A DNA stretch of 64,000 nt from Octopus vulgaris (lineage: Eukaryota): NCBI GenBank assembly GCA_951406725.2, contig OX597820.1, positions 20,460,001-20,524,000 on the forward strand. Direction: 5' to 3'. The notes beneath the pieces were generated by a model. That model saw nothing but the letters and a program-made list of their open reading frames with translations, ran no database searches and was not told where the DNA came from. A program made the position numbers and the translations under genes. Below are positions 25,594-39,581 of this stretch, in pieces. The stretch's first letter is position 1. The number at the start of each line of letters is the position of its first letter.

Positions 25594-26287
25594 AAAGAGA
25601 GAGAGAAAGAGTTAGCAGTTGTAGTAACGGACAAAGGGATAAAATATCCATTACTTGTGTTATCCCCGGGCAACGGTGTGCAGGGACACTATATATGTCG
25701 ACGCAGGTGACTATAAGATAAACAAAAGTTTATCAGGAACCAATACAAATAATTAGAAAATAGAGAAAAACATATATTAACTAAGTACACAGATAGGATC
25801 ACATTTAAAGCTTATTTATTAAAACAAAGCAAGGCAACAAAGCTAACAGCTGTTTCTGATCAAAATTCCTAGAATGCAGATTATACATAAATGCGAGAAT
25901 AAAATTCTTCATCTTCATAGGGCATTCTAATTAAGGCAACCAATCTTTATCAGAGTGGAAAACTAGAGCATACAATATAAACAAAAGTAAGAAATCATGG
26001 TTTAGAAAAATAGTCTAAAAGCCCAAAATGTTAAGTACACATAATCATTTGCCATCCGAGCTCAAAGAACGTAGATGAAATAATTTGTATAGTCTATATT
26101 CTGGTGGTACCGAGCACTGTTTTCTCATTCGTTCGACATTAAGCAACGTTCATACATATTTAATAAGAAGAAAAGAGAAAATCACATCTTCAATTGTTGA
26201 TTACACCATTCATTACAGACAAGTTCGCTTAATACTGAGTGGTTTCTCGATGCTTACCAGGATTATTTAGACCCTCTTAACTGTTTC

Positions 26288-26396
<109 letters not shown>

Positions 26397-26810
26397 GTAG
26401 AATTTTGTACAAAATTTTATATCTTTATTATCATACCTTATTATCATACTCTTAAATCCTGTAAAACTAATCTTCTGTGTGGTTTCAACTCTTCTCTCTT
26501 TATATATATATTTTTTTTTCGAAAAGAATTTTATCCTCACATTTGATTGATATATATATCAAATGTGAGGATAAAATTCTTTTTGAAAAAAAAATATTTT
26601 CTCGAAAAAAATTTTATCAATGGCCAGCATATTAAAAAGTACCTTTAACGGTTATATTTATAAACAATTCATAAATGAGGGCAAAGGAAAAAATTCTAAT
26701 GCCAAATATGCCGAAAAATTGGACATATTGTCCATTAACCATATAATTTTTTCACAATACGCACGCTACTCGAAAAAAGGCCGACAGAAATTTCTAAAAA
26801 ATTCCATTAT

Positions 26811-26868
26811 TACCATATCGGACCGATTTCAGAGTTAGCTACTAAGAGCCCTCTCTTCGTCAGTGATA
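26811..26868 (-). ncRNA. Type I hammerhead ribozyme motif
   Basis: Identical to 1137-1194. Confidence 0.8.
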
Positions 26869-27050
26869 CATGTGGCAAAAGAAATAAATGAGATAATTAC
26901 TCGCACCCATGGAAGAAGCAAACACTAAGTCATCGGCACAACTAAGTACCCCAAATACATCCAAAGTAGAAATACTACAGCCCATTCGAGGCACGTGCGA
27001 TTTGATCTGAGGCTCTCACAGAGTGAGTCAGTTAGTTCTTTTGCCACATG

Positions 27051-27108
27051 TATCACTGACGAAGAGAGGGCTCTTAGTAGCTAACTCTGAAATCTGTCCG
27101 ATATGGTA
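27051..27108 (+). ncRNA. Type I hammerhead ribozyme motif
   Basis: TATCA-CTGACGA-AGAG..CTCT-GAAA-TCTGTCCGA-TA|TGGTA; one substitution in stem III; predicted cut after 27103. Confidence 0.78.
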
Positions 27109-27250
27109 ATAATGGAATGTTTTAGAAATTTCTGTCGGCCTTTTTTCGAGTAGAGGGCGTATTGTGAAAAAATTATATGGTTAATGGACAATATGTCCAA
27201 TTTTTCGGCATATTTGGCATTAGAATTTTTTTCCTTTGCCCTCATTTATG

Positions 27251-27304
<54 letters not shown>

Positions 27305-27307
<3 letters not shown>

Positions 27308-27717
27308 GAGTAGGGGTGACTGTTTGGTGAGTAGCTTGCTTACCAACCACACGGTTCCGGGTTCAGTCCCACTGCGCTGCACTTTAGGCAAGTGTCTTCT
27401 ACTATAGCCTCGGGCCGGCCAAGGCCCTATGAGTGCATTTGGTAGACGGAAACTGAAAGAAGCCCACCATATGTAAATGCATATATACATATATGTGTGT
27501 GTGTTTGTGTGTCTGTGTTTGTCCCCCCCGCACCATCGCTTGACAACCGATGCTGGTGAGTTCTGTCACCGTAATCTAGCGGTTCGACAAAACAGACCAA
27601 TAGTATAAATACTAGGCTTACAAAGATGTCCTGGGGTCGATTTGTTCGACTGAATGTGGTACTCTAGCATAGCCGTAGTCAAATGACTGAAACAAATAAA
27701 GGAATAAAAGAATAAGA

Positions 27718-27718
<1 letters not shown>
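27305..27718 (+). mobile_element. SINE family 1
   Basis: Family match. Confidence 0.85.
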
Positions 27719-27772
<54 letters not shown>

Positions 27773-27997
27773 AATCAAAAGGAACTGAACTTGTTATTAA
27801 GTGTTTAGCTATTTCATACCCTTCTAAAGGCAGCGTATTGATGCCATCATTTGAGCATCGGACAAGGTGCTCTGCAGTGTTTCTTCCAGATACTAATGTC
27901 CTTAGTTCAAATCATGCTGGAACCTACTTTACTTTTTATAATTCTGGGGTTGCTAAAATAAGGAATTTCGTTGTTGTTGTTGTTATTGTTATTGTTG

Positions 27998-28092
<95 letters not shown>

Positions 28093-28142
28093 CATATATA
28101 CATATATATATATATTATAATAAGAGATACATATATATATTT

Positions 28143-28207
<65 letters not shown>

Positions 28208-28999
28208 TTGTGTATGTGTTTATGCCTGTATTTGTCGCTCACTATCATTTTTCGAACCGGTGCTGGTCTCTATATGTATCCGTATGTTAGGGTATCGGTA
28301 TAAGAAACTGATGGAATAAGTAACAGCTTTTAAAAAAAATTGGTAAGTACTGAGGTTGATTTGTTCAACTAAAACCCTTCAAGACGGTGCTTTAGCATGG
28401 CTGCAGTCCAATGACTAACACAAATAGAAAATGAAAGAAGGCATGAAATAATAGCAGACCAGATGTGAGGAATGGTTCTTTTATAGGATTTAGTTACTAC
28501 TTAAGGACATCACTTCACCATTCAGTGCCATTTTGTTTTAATCTTTTTATATATGCTTTGTATTTAGAGAAGTTGTAAGTTAGTCTTTGTCTAAGTAATA
28601 CCTAATTTAACCCGTAGTGCCTCTCTTGGGAGCATTCAGAGGTAACAAAAGGGTGGATAATATAAAAGAAGTGTTATGGAGGAGCTGAGGTTTTAGGAGA
28701 GATGATGGTTTTTTCAAAGGAAAACTGTTTAAATCAAGCAAAAAGCTAGGTTTTAAGCACATTTGATAAGAAAAATGTCTTTGTTAGGGTTAAAATATGG
28801 ACAAGACATTGTTTTACCAGTGAGTGGAAACATAGTTGAAGATGCGTGAAGATCAATAATATAGCTGAGGGGAGGAGTGCGAGATGCCGGTCTGTCACGT
28901 TTATGGAGGCGGCACTTTAGGGACTGCTGTGTAAGTCTGTATAGGGGTGAGAACAGCGAGGGGTTAGCAAACTTTAGAGCTGCTCCGAGTGAAACACAC

Positions 29000-30471
29000 A
29001 GAGCTAATAAAACTAGGTATTATAACAATATCAGTGTATTAGCTTTGATGGTTCGGCCTGTATGTATTGGAAAGTCCCAAAGAATTGTTACATCTTCTCG
29101 CTCAGTTATAGCCCCAGGATGGTGATTATGCCACTTGTCGGCAGTTTTGATTTTATAATGCCGACATGTTAACCAGTGTAAATACCGACCAATTCTGTCA
29201 TGACTTGATTTATACTCCACTCGTGTTAAAACTTTATATCCAAAGATTAGGAGGTTCACTGCAGAATCGGCATTTTTATCTCTAATTTTTATCACATTGG
29301 CTTGGTAGTTTCGGGTCAATAAGCTATTATCTTGAGCAGCTAAGATGAAACCTTCACTCTCTGCTTTTAGCCCTGAGCTCCGTAGCCACTGATGGGTTTG
29401 CTTCTGGTCTACATCAGCTTGTTTGCTACAGGCCACATCAGCTTGTTTGTTGCGGGCCATGCAGAAGTTCCTGCTCCACATATCAGCCAATTGCTCATGC
29501 ACTTTTTTCTTTGCCATTAATTTCACCTTCTTTGCAACAACAGTTACCTCACTTCCCTCAGATTGTTCAGCCTAGATATGCATTAGATCAATAGCAAATC
29601 TTTTTGCTCCCCCTCGTGACATAATGAAACTTCTTACGCCTCTCATGATTTGCAATGAGTTTTAGCATCCAATCGTTTGTTGCTTCAGGATATTTGGCCA
29701 GTCCAGTTGTCTTGGTTTTCTAAAAGAGTTCATATTGGATCAAACTTCGACCTCTGAGAAAGTAAAGACTATCCTCGTCTGCATACGGTTGGTACCTCTT
29801 ATTACAAATCAGCAGCTTACGAATTTTTCAGTCAATTTTCTTAACTTCACTGTTATTCCAGTTCAATACATCGTAACTATAAGTAAAGAGTAGAATTGCC
29901 AAGGAATTTATGGCTAATACTTTGTTATTTCAAGATTGTTTGAACTCTCCTATAATATTCCTTTCCGATCTTTTCTTTCATGCTTGCATGCTGAATGCCA
30001 GAGCCGCCATTTATTCCTAGGGTATTTTAGGTTTGTTCTTGCTCAAGTTCCTTTACAACGGTTTTAACATCCAACACGACTGAATTTGTAATCTTCAATT
30101 CCTCTATCTTGAAAGTGGTATTGGCACACTTATAATGACCAAACTCCATTCCGATATCAGCATTGAATGCTTTCACAGAACGTAAGAGGCCTTCACACTC
30201 ATTATTCTCTTTGATATAAAATTTCAAGCCAATCGTATATAATGGATGGCTTATTTTCTTATTGTCAGTTTTATGCCCATACTCTGTTCTGTTAAGTTCA
30301 CTTATAAGAGGTATGAGGGTTATGCAAAAAATTAGAGGTTAGAGTCACCTTGCAAAAATGTCACAGTTAATGTTAATGAGCCTGGCACTCCATTAAAATA
30401 ATAGTGTTCCCCAATGACATACGCTTCAGGAAGTTTGAAATTGTAGGGAGAAATTTTGAAGACGTCCAGCG

Positions 30472-30472
<1 letters not shown>
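29000..30472 (-). mobile_element. R4/Dong-clade non-LTR retrotransposon relic (RT to restriction-like endonuclease region)
   Basis: FLQGDS, DIGMEFG..KC, WLRSSGLKAESEGFILAAQD.SL.TRNY, ILWDFPIHTGRTIKAN; many stops and frameshifts. Confidence 0.85.
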
Positions 30473-30538
<66 letters not shown>

Positions 30539-31085
30539 GAATGAGAGAACAGTGCCTGCCATCAATGCGACTCTGGGGTAAAATATACGAAACCCAGTAT
30601 GCCCATCATAACTACCCGTCTGATAAAGGTACATCAGGCACATGCATCACAACCATATGTGCACGATATGGTGACCACATATCAATATAAACAGCGCATG
30701 ACCTTACAGGTGAAACTCGTTTCGAATTTTCTTCTGGTTGAATAGCCCATTCTGCTCAAAAAGTTCTTGAATAAGGATTATTTAAGGATGTCAAACGAAA
30801 CACCCATTTTACCAGAGGTGAATTATTTAAACTCCAAAGAATTCCAACCCCTCCCCCCGCTCAACACATAGCTATGATACTCCCCCACTACTTCTGCTCT
30901 TGATCTGAGATGCACATATAGTCAGCCACCAAGGGAGATGCTCAACTGGTTAAGGTCAAACAAATGGCAAGCACATCTGTATTATTGAGCAAAATATTTG
31001 CTGTAGCCCATCTTTCATACCAAGACAAAACAATGTACATGATAACACTTCCAATCAGTTAAGATCAGAAGCTATGAGAGCCACT
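30539..31085 (-). mobile_element. ~550-bp non-coding element inserted in (AAT)n
   Basis: Homologous to 61729-62282; (ATT)n on both sides. Confidence 0.8.
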
Positions 31086-31096
31086 ATTATTATTAC

Positions 31097-31237
<141 letters not shown>

Positions 31238-31394
31238 TATTTCTTTAGGGTTGAGGACGTGCACAACCTATTTGTTAAATCGATATACGGGTTTCATGTA
31301 GTTTGCACATTTTCATATTTTATGTGGAAGTTAATATTTCTCAAATTTTATTTGTTTAAAAAACCATGGATCGGCAGAGGGAAAACGAAAATGC

Positions 31395-31458
<64 letters not shown>

Positions 31459-31548
31459 ACACACGCACACACGCACGCTCGCACACAAACACATATGTAT
31501 ACATAAACCTAGATATTTATTTACTGTTCATGGCTGGACATATAAAAT

Positions 31549-32186
31549 GGTTCTTGGTAATTTGACTCCTGGTAATTTCACCCCCGGCAATTTCACTCTC
31601 GGTAATTTCTCTCCCTGTAATTTCACTCCCAGTATTTTGACTCCGGTAATTTGACCCCCGTTAATTTGACTACCAGTCAATTTCACTCCCATGTAATTTC
31701 ACTCCCGATATTCGAAAAAAATTAAACGTTGAATAAAGATAAAATATAAAGTACTAAAGCTTCAATAATGATGGAGATTATGAGTTATTGCTCGCAATAA
31801 AATATTCTATCTTATTTTCGAGACTACGTCTCTTAATAATTATCTGCAGCTGTTTGTTTATACCATTATACTTCTTTTGGTCATGCAGATCTCACCTTGA
31901 TCAAATTCAACCTTTCTCAGTTCTGCCAAGCGTTCTTCCCTTTCCAATGCAGTAATTAATTTCAGGATATTCGGAGATCAAAACGGCTGCAGATAATTAT
32001 TGAGTGATATAGACCCGAAAATAAGATGGATTTTTTACGAGCAATAGCTCATAAGTTTCATCATTATTGAAACTTTTAATAATATTGTTTTGTTTTACTG
32101 TACGTTTTATATTTTATCATTATTCAACGTTTTATTTTTTCTAATATCGGGAGTGAAACTGACTGGCAGTCCAATTACCGGCTGCC
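31549..32186. mobile_element. Mutator (MULE) non-autonomous element with long TIRs
   Basis: GG..CC ends, TSD ATATAAAAT/ATATAAAAC, 15-bp subterminal repeats (GGTAATTTCACTCCC), minus-strand PNILKLITALEREE..LRAITHNL. Confidence 0.8.
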
Positions 32187-33294
32187 ATATAAAACGTTGT
32201 TTCATACCTTTATGTGTAGTTTAAGTGTGGCTTATTGCTTTTATATACATTGCAGTTACTCGTGTAACGAACGAGGCTCCGGTTAGGATCATATTCGTAT
32301 ATAGAGACCCACTGAATTTAAGTGCGTAGCCTAATGGTTAGGGCGTTGAACTCACACCCATAAGTCAGTAGATTCGTATCCTTGACAGGAAGTGCGTTGA
32401 AATAAAGTGCGAGATGGCACTTTATTTCACGTTGACCCAGACTCATCTGAAAAAGAATACCATTTGGTTTCAATTTTTAAGAATTTTAAGCATTCAAAGT
32501 ATGAGTTCATTGTATTGGGACACATTAATTAAATACGTTCTGGAATTAAAATTTTATCTACTGTCATCGAAAAAGTTTAACTGGAATAATTCAGAATTAT
32601 CGGTGTTATGAGCATTCAAAGTATAATGTAATTTAATTGAAAACCCTGCATGCATTGCCAGCTTTTAGTTATTTGGAGATGTTGGAAACATGTCTATTAA
32701 TGCAATGTCTAAATTAATTACAGCAATATGTATATGACTGTTTAGATATTGAAGTACAATAGACGAAGAATAATTGTTTGATTTAGTAATTATCAAACAT
32801 AACGAGTCAGAGACTTACTTGAGATCGCCGTTGTCGCATTAGAGCAGATTGTGAAGTAGAAGTACCCAGTCGTACTCTTACTCGTAGAATGTTAAAGGTT
32901 AACTTTATGAAGGCTAATTTATTAAAGCTAATATATAAATGTAATATAAACTAAGCGCCAACATATGTATATATATATCTGGTGCTATAAGTTATTTCCC
33001 TTGAGTGTTTAAATAAAAAATATTGTGCAGATGCTATGGGTTATTTTCCTTGGATGTTTAAATAAAAATATATTATTTATATGTAGTAGATATACATTCC
33101 CTTCCAGGGCCCCTATTATCGACTTTTTCAATAAGTATGTCACAAGATTTCCAGACATGAGTTCTACACATGTGTCAAATTTCATCAAAATCAATAAAAC
33201 GACGTAGGAGGAGTTAGCTAACAACTTTACAAACAAACACACCCACAGAGAGAATTTTCCACATATGTAGTAGAATATATATATATATATATAT

Positions 33295-33505
33295 AATAAG
33301 AGAAACGGTGAAAAAAGACAAGAAAAAAAAACAACAATGCGAGGACGCGGTACATACAAAGAATTAATAAGAAGCTCAGAGAAGTAAAGGAAGAGTGGTT
33401 GTTTAACGTTTCGAGCAAAAGCTCTTCTTCGGAAACAGGCGATTTAGGAAAGCCTAAAAGAAAAGGAAGGAGGGAAAAATCGCCAATAGTCTACGTAAAT
33501 ATAAA
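33295..33505 (-). mobile_element. (TA)n-anchored repeat family B with minimal hammerhead
   Basis: (TA)n both sides; homologous to 58880-59080 and 18665-18794. Confidence 0.7.
33400..33437 (-). ncRNA. Minimal hammerhead motif (U4C variant)
   Basis: TGTTT-CCGAAGA-A-GAGC-TTTT-GCTC-GAAAC-GTT|AAACA. Confidence 0.65.
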
Positions 33506-33509
33506 TATG

Positions 33510-33921
<412 letters not shown>

Positions 33922-34134
33922 AAGGCTACATTATGTGATGTATCCAATGTTTTAAAGATATTGCAGTTTAATCTAAGTCTGATTTTCCTGTGCTTTCTAG
34001 CTGATAAAGGTTCCCTTCTTTAGCTCACATTTTGAAGTTGGCTGCAAGAAATCGAAAATACATTATATTATTATTTAAGTGTATCTATGAAGCAATGACA
34101 ACAATAACAACAAGAAAAACTAACTACACCATCG

Positions 34135-34266
<132 letters not shown>

Positions 34267-34454
34267 CGGCTTGCGAGATGAAACCTCAATGTTTCTGCTC
34301 GTGAGCTAAACCAATATCTATTCATATTTTGTTATTTTTCATAACGATTTCCTATTTTTATTATTTCATAATAATCATCCCTTTAGACATGGAAGGATAT
34401 GAGAAAATAATACACACACAAGTTTTAATATATCCATCCATGTGTGTGTATATG

Positions 34455-34486
<32 letters not shown>

Positions 34487-34536
34487 TATATACCTACCTA
34501 CATACATACATACATACACACACACATATATATACG

Positions 34537-34574
<38 letters not shown>

Positions 34575-34590
34575 ATCTGGGAAAAACGAA

Positions 34591-34622
<32 letters not shown>

Positions 34623-35717
34623 AAAAATATATACATACGTAGCTATATATATATGTTCGTACGTGTATACGCATACACACGCGTGCGCACACACACACAT
34701 ACACACACGCGCATATCGGTTGCTATATGTCGGAAATCCTTATATACGAAGGCATTAGTAACACATGATATGCCAGTGGTATTATATTGTGCATTCTTAT
34801 AATTCCTTGTAGATTTTGTCGATTTTGGTTCATTCAAACTTTTTGAATTCACCACCGTCGATGAAAATCACAGCCAAGAATTTCTAATATATATTCAACA
34901 CTAAAATACACCCAATGTTCATAATTTTTATATATTCAGTTTTAAATCGACTAAGTGAAGATGTAATAAATATACGTAACCCAGATCACGTAATTCGGCC
35001 ATAATCTTCACTGAAACACGTGTAAGTTGACATAATTAAAAGATTTCAAAAACGATTCTCCTGTTTTATATCTTATTTTATGCATGCTCTAAGTAAAAAG
35101 AAGCTTTGGCTGGTGCTTTTCACAGCTATTTCTTCTAAGTATAAGGTCGTACCTTTGAGTTTCATATACTTGTTCTACATAGGACAATTTTTATGTCAAA
35201 CGTAAGTTAATAATATTTAAAAAGTAAAAACCTCTGTATCCGTTATAAATTTATTGAATAAAACTTGTAAATAAATCTAGCAAACAAAATTAACAAAGGA
35301 AGAATACTCATCAGCATAATGTTTACTCCTTCATGTTCCTTATTTTCTATTGAATATGTCTTAGAATATGTAATTTTAACTTTAATAATAACAATAAGAA
35401 AAATAACCTGAAGACGCACTCGTGGATTTAAGTATTAGCTATAGCCTGGAGAAACGCACCACCAGCGCAGAAACACGTGTAGCGTTGATTAAAAATATTT
35501 TCTTTCCCCACAGACTAATAACAGGTAAGGTATATATATTTTTCAAATATTTTAAAAATAATTTCTTTAAATAATTTTATTGTACTTTATAGTAGGTTTT
35601 AAAATGCTTATTATATTATTTTATTATTATATTGGATATAACTTTCTATGTGTATTCCAGAAAATAAGGTTGTCTTGAAATAGGAGTTGCGGTTCTATTG
35701 GTAAAATCCCAAATTTG

Positions 35718-35783
<66 letters not shown>

Positions 35784-35786
<3 letters not shown>

Positions 35787-36193
35787 AGTGGCTGTGTGGT
35801 AAGTAGCTTGCTAAACAACCACATGGTTCCGGGTTCAGTCCCACTGCGTGGCATCTTGGGCAAGTGTCTTCTGCTATAGCCCCGGGCCGACCAATGCCTT
35901 ATGAGTGGATTTGGTAGACGGAAACTGAAAGAAGCCTGTCGTATATATGTATATATATACATATGTGTGTATGTGTGTGTGTTTGTGTGTCTGTGTTTGT
36001 CCCCCTAGCATTGCTTGACAACCGATGCTGGTGTGTTTACGTCCCCGTCACTTAGCGGTTCGGCAACAGAGACCGATAGAATAAGTACTAGGCTTACAAA
36101 GAATAAGTCCCGGGGTCGAGTTGCTCGACTAAAGGCGGTGCTCCAGCAATGCCACAGTCAAATGACTGAAACAAATAAAAGAGATAAAAGAGA
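35784..36193 (+). mobile_element. SINE family 1
   Basis: Family match. Confidence 0.9.
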
Positions 36194-36238
36194 TAGTAGA
36201 AATATGTTACAAAAAGAAAAATACACGTGGAAATGTAA

Positions 36239-36645
36239 GGGAAAAATAAGAAAAATCAACGAAAATGCACATTGTAAATAAAAAAAGAAAAGGCTTTTTA
36301 TGAAAGGTAACGACAGATATATACATTCAGATGGACTGAGGTAATAATAAAAGTCATAAAAGTCATTATTATGAGATGATTAAAAAGTCAGAAAGCAAAG
36401 CATACCATGGTTTCGTCAAAGCTATTCATTTCGTCAAAGCTATTCATTCAAGTAATGAATAGCTTTGACGAAACCATGGTATGCTTTGCTTTCTGACTTT
36501 TTAATCATCTCATAATAATGACTTTTATGACTTTTATTACTACCTCAGTCCATCTAAATGTATATATCTGTCATCACCTTTCATAAAAAGCCTTTTCTTT
36601 TTTTATTTACAATGTGCATTTTCGTTGATTTTTTCTTATTTTCCC
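36239..36645. repeat. Fold-back inverted repeat (~190-bp arms) ending in (TA)n
   Basis: 36239-36430 vs 36454-36645, ~97% complementary; 18-bp duplication at the apex. Confidence 0.92.
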
Positions 36646-36688
<43 letters not shown>

Positions 36689-36911
36689 AATAAATGGAGT
36701 TTAACGCAGGTATAATTCAAATACTTTTACTTTCGACACATGCTTCGAAGATTTCACTGATATTATTCCAAAGGAATAAATGGTGTGATTTTTTGCTATC
36801 TACCTTTAAAAACAAGGAATTACAACCTCTTTACTTGTGTGACTCTTTGCTACCCTGGTAACTATATATTTTTTCCGTGTTAATTGTTAACAAGGGAAAA
36901 ATACACTCATG

Positions 36912-36970
<59 letters not shown>

Positions 36971-38042
36971 CACAAATAACAAAGGAGGGAAGAAGGAAAA
37001 AGGGATTACATGTTACTTCTAGTCTTTTGTATAAAAAGTGCTTTTAGTGAATACATTTTTGTGCGCTTTGCGGCTAAAAGAGATGTTGCAGTAGCAGGAT
37101 ACAGTTTGCACTGATATTCAGCTTCTGTCAGTTTTAGTTTTAGGTTATATTTCCGTATTTAAAACAACCATGCGTGGATGAATGAATAAATAGTCATGTC
37201 GCTTACACACACACACATACACACACATACACACACACACACAGAGGTAGGTTAGGTGTGTAAGAAAGTGTCTAAGCTCATATATATTATAGGTACATAC
37301 AACGAAAGCTCATATTGTGGCATTCCCAGTTCGTACTGGTTCTCAGGAAACATCTCTTCTGTTGGAAAAGGATATGCTTGGTTTTGTCCTGACTTTGCGC
37401 ATTCCTTTTTGTAATTAGAGCCACAATATCTGTATTTGGATCAGTATTTAGAATAAAAGTGTAGACAATCGTTTTCAGCTATGCCGTGTGGAATATTTCA
37501 CTCCAGAAGTTTACAGTCACAGTAGGACGTATACAAAAGTCAGGGATCAGAAAGCACCGTCTTTTTAGGTGTTGACTGTGTCAAAGTCTACAAACACATT
37601 GTGCATAAAAATAGGCGTTGCTGGACAATGTTTCTTACAGTTTTAGTTGGCACCTATTGGGAAATGGCGGAGGAATTTTTGTTCAACTTTGAAGTTGCAG
37701 CATATTAATCATGTTCTACTCCTTGATATCATCCTCTTGAAGTTGCTCTTATGAAGGCACGTTGCCTAGTGGTTAAGGTGTTACATATAAGATAATGGTT
37801 TCGATTCCCGGACCGAACTATGCGTTCAGTTCTTCAGGAAAGCACTTCCTTTCATGTTGCTCCAGCTCTCAGCCGTGAATGAGTAATCTTGCAACGGACT
37901 GATGTCTTGTTGATGGGGAATATTCTGATCTCGGTCACATATACGCGCAGAAACCGGTAATGTGGCCCTATGAGTTCTAGGAGGCGATTCGAGACAGTAG
38001 TTAGTTTTAAAATCGCCTGTGATTCGTTGAAAAGGTGTTAAC

Positions 38043-38468
38043 TCTCTTTACTCTTTACTTTTTACTCTTTTACTTGTTTCAGTCATTTGACTGTGGCCAT
38101 GCTGGAGCACCACTTTTAGTTGAGCAAATCGACTCCAAGACTTATTCTTTGTAAGCCTAATACTTATTCTATCGGTCTCTTTTTGCCGAACCGCTACGTT
38201 ACGGGAACGTAAACACCAGCATCGGTTGTCAAGCGATGTTGGGTGGACAAACACAGACACACAAACATATGCACGCACGCACAAACACACAAACACACAC
38301 ACACACATATATTCTTTCAGTTTCCGTCTACCAAATCCACTTCCAAAGGCTTTGGTCGGCCCGCGGCTATAGTAGAAGACACTTGCCCAAGGTGCTACGC
38401 AGTGGGACTGAACCCGGAACCATGTGGTTGGTTAGCAAGCTACTTACCACACAGCCACTCCTGCGCCT
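38043..38468 (-). mobile_element. SINE family 1
   Basis: Family match. Confidence 0.9.
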
Positions 38469-39247
38469 ATTGGAATTTTATTCTCTATGTTTATGTACAA
38501 GATGAAATGACTCTGAAATTTTCGCAACTTTCCTTGCAGTTTTCCCCTCAGGTCTATTACAAACAAACAGAACAAAGATTTTCAGCCATTTAATGCACGC
38601 GTCTTCTGTTACACTTCTGTTAAACGCCTACCACTAACAAGTTCATTTTCTCCCTAATTACGTTTTGTTAGCAATATTCGGGGGCAGAGGGAAAGATGAC
38701 GTTAGAAGTAAGTAATTAATTACTGAGTTAATTAATTTTATCTCACTTTATGTTTTTTTTATATATTATGTTTTCCTTCAGAAATAGATATAATTTTTCA
38801 CGTTTTTGTTGTTTATAAATGAGAAGATTAAATGTTCAATAAAGGCTTAAGCAATTAATAATTAATAATAGTCAAAAATTAATTATATATTCATGTAGGA
38901 GACACGCACACACATACATACGCCCGCGCGCACGCACACACTCACGCACAATCACGCACGCGTACACATCATATTTAGCGTGTCTATACAATGAGACAAT
39001 AAAATGGCGGTATTCATCTTGAATACGGCCAAGGGATTGAAAGCGAGGAAGAGAGAAAGATAAGAAGCATAGAGAGAAAGGGAGGATGAGAGAGGGAGAC
39101 ACGGAAGAAGTTAAAGACATCAAAAGATGGGGAGCGTTTCGAGATGGTCAGTCAGTGGACGTATAGACTGAAGCCAAAAGAGACTGGATGTATCGTCAAC
39201 TACCTAAATCTGGACAATAATTCTTTGTTATATAATGCAGTAAAAAG

Positions 39248-39344
39248 TTCCCTGATGATCTGTTGTGGTTAAGCATCTAAATGCACTTGGAACATCCAAT
39301 GTAGGGTTCCAAAAACGATCGCAATGGTGAAATGTACGTAGGAA
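39248..39344 (+). ncRNA. Type I hammerhead ribozyme motif with extended branched stem II
   Basis: TTCC-CTGATGA-TCTGTTGTGGTT..GATCGCAATGGT-GAAA-TGTACG-TA|GGAA. Confidence 0.7.
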
Positions 39345-39499
39345 GAAATCATATTCACTTGTGTTCCTCGTGGAACACCTTATCTAATAATAACATTAAG
39401 TATTGAAATTGCCTGAACACAACAAATTAGATGATAATCTACGTGGAACTCTAACCCTAACAGCCCTAACATTGTTTACATACGCAAAGACACACACAC

Positions 39500-39581
<82 letters not shown>

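Larger units (their letters stand above)
26511..27254. mobile_element. Repeat family A double fold-back with two divergent hammerhead motifs
   Basis: Arms 26666-26883 / 27036-27254; second IR 26511-26546 / 26559-26595 around (TA)n; (TA)n on the right. Confidence 0.85.
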
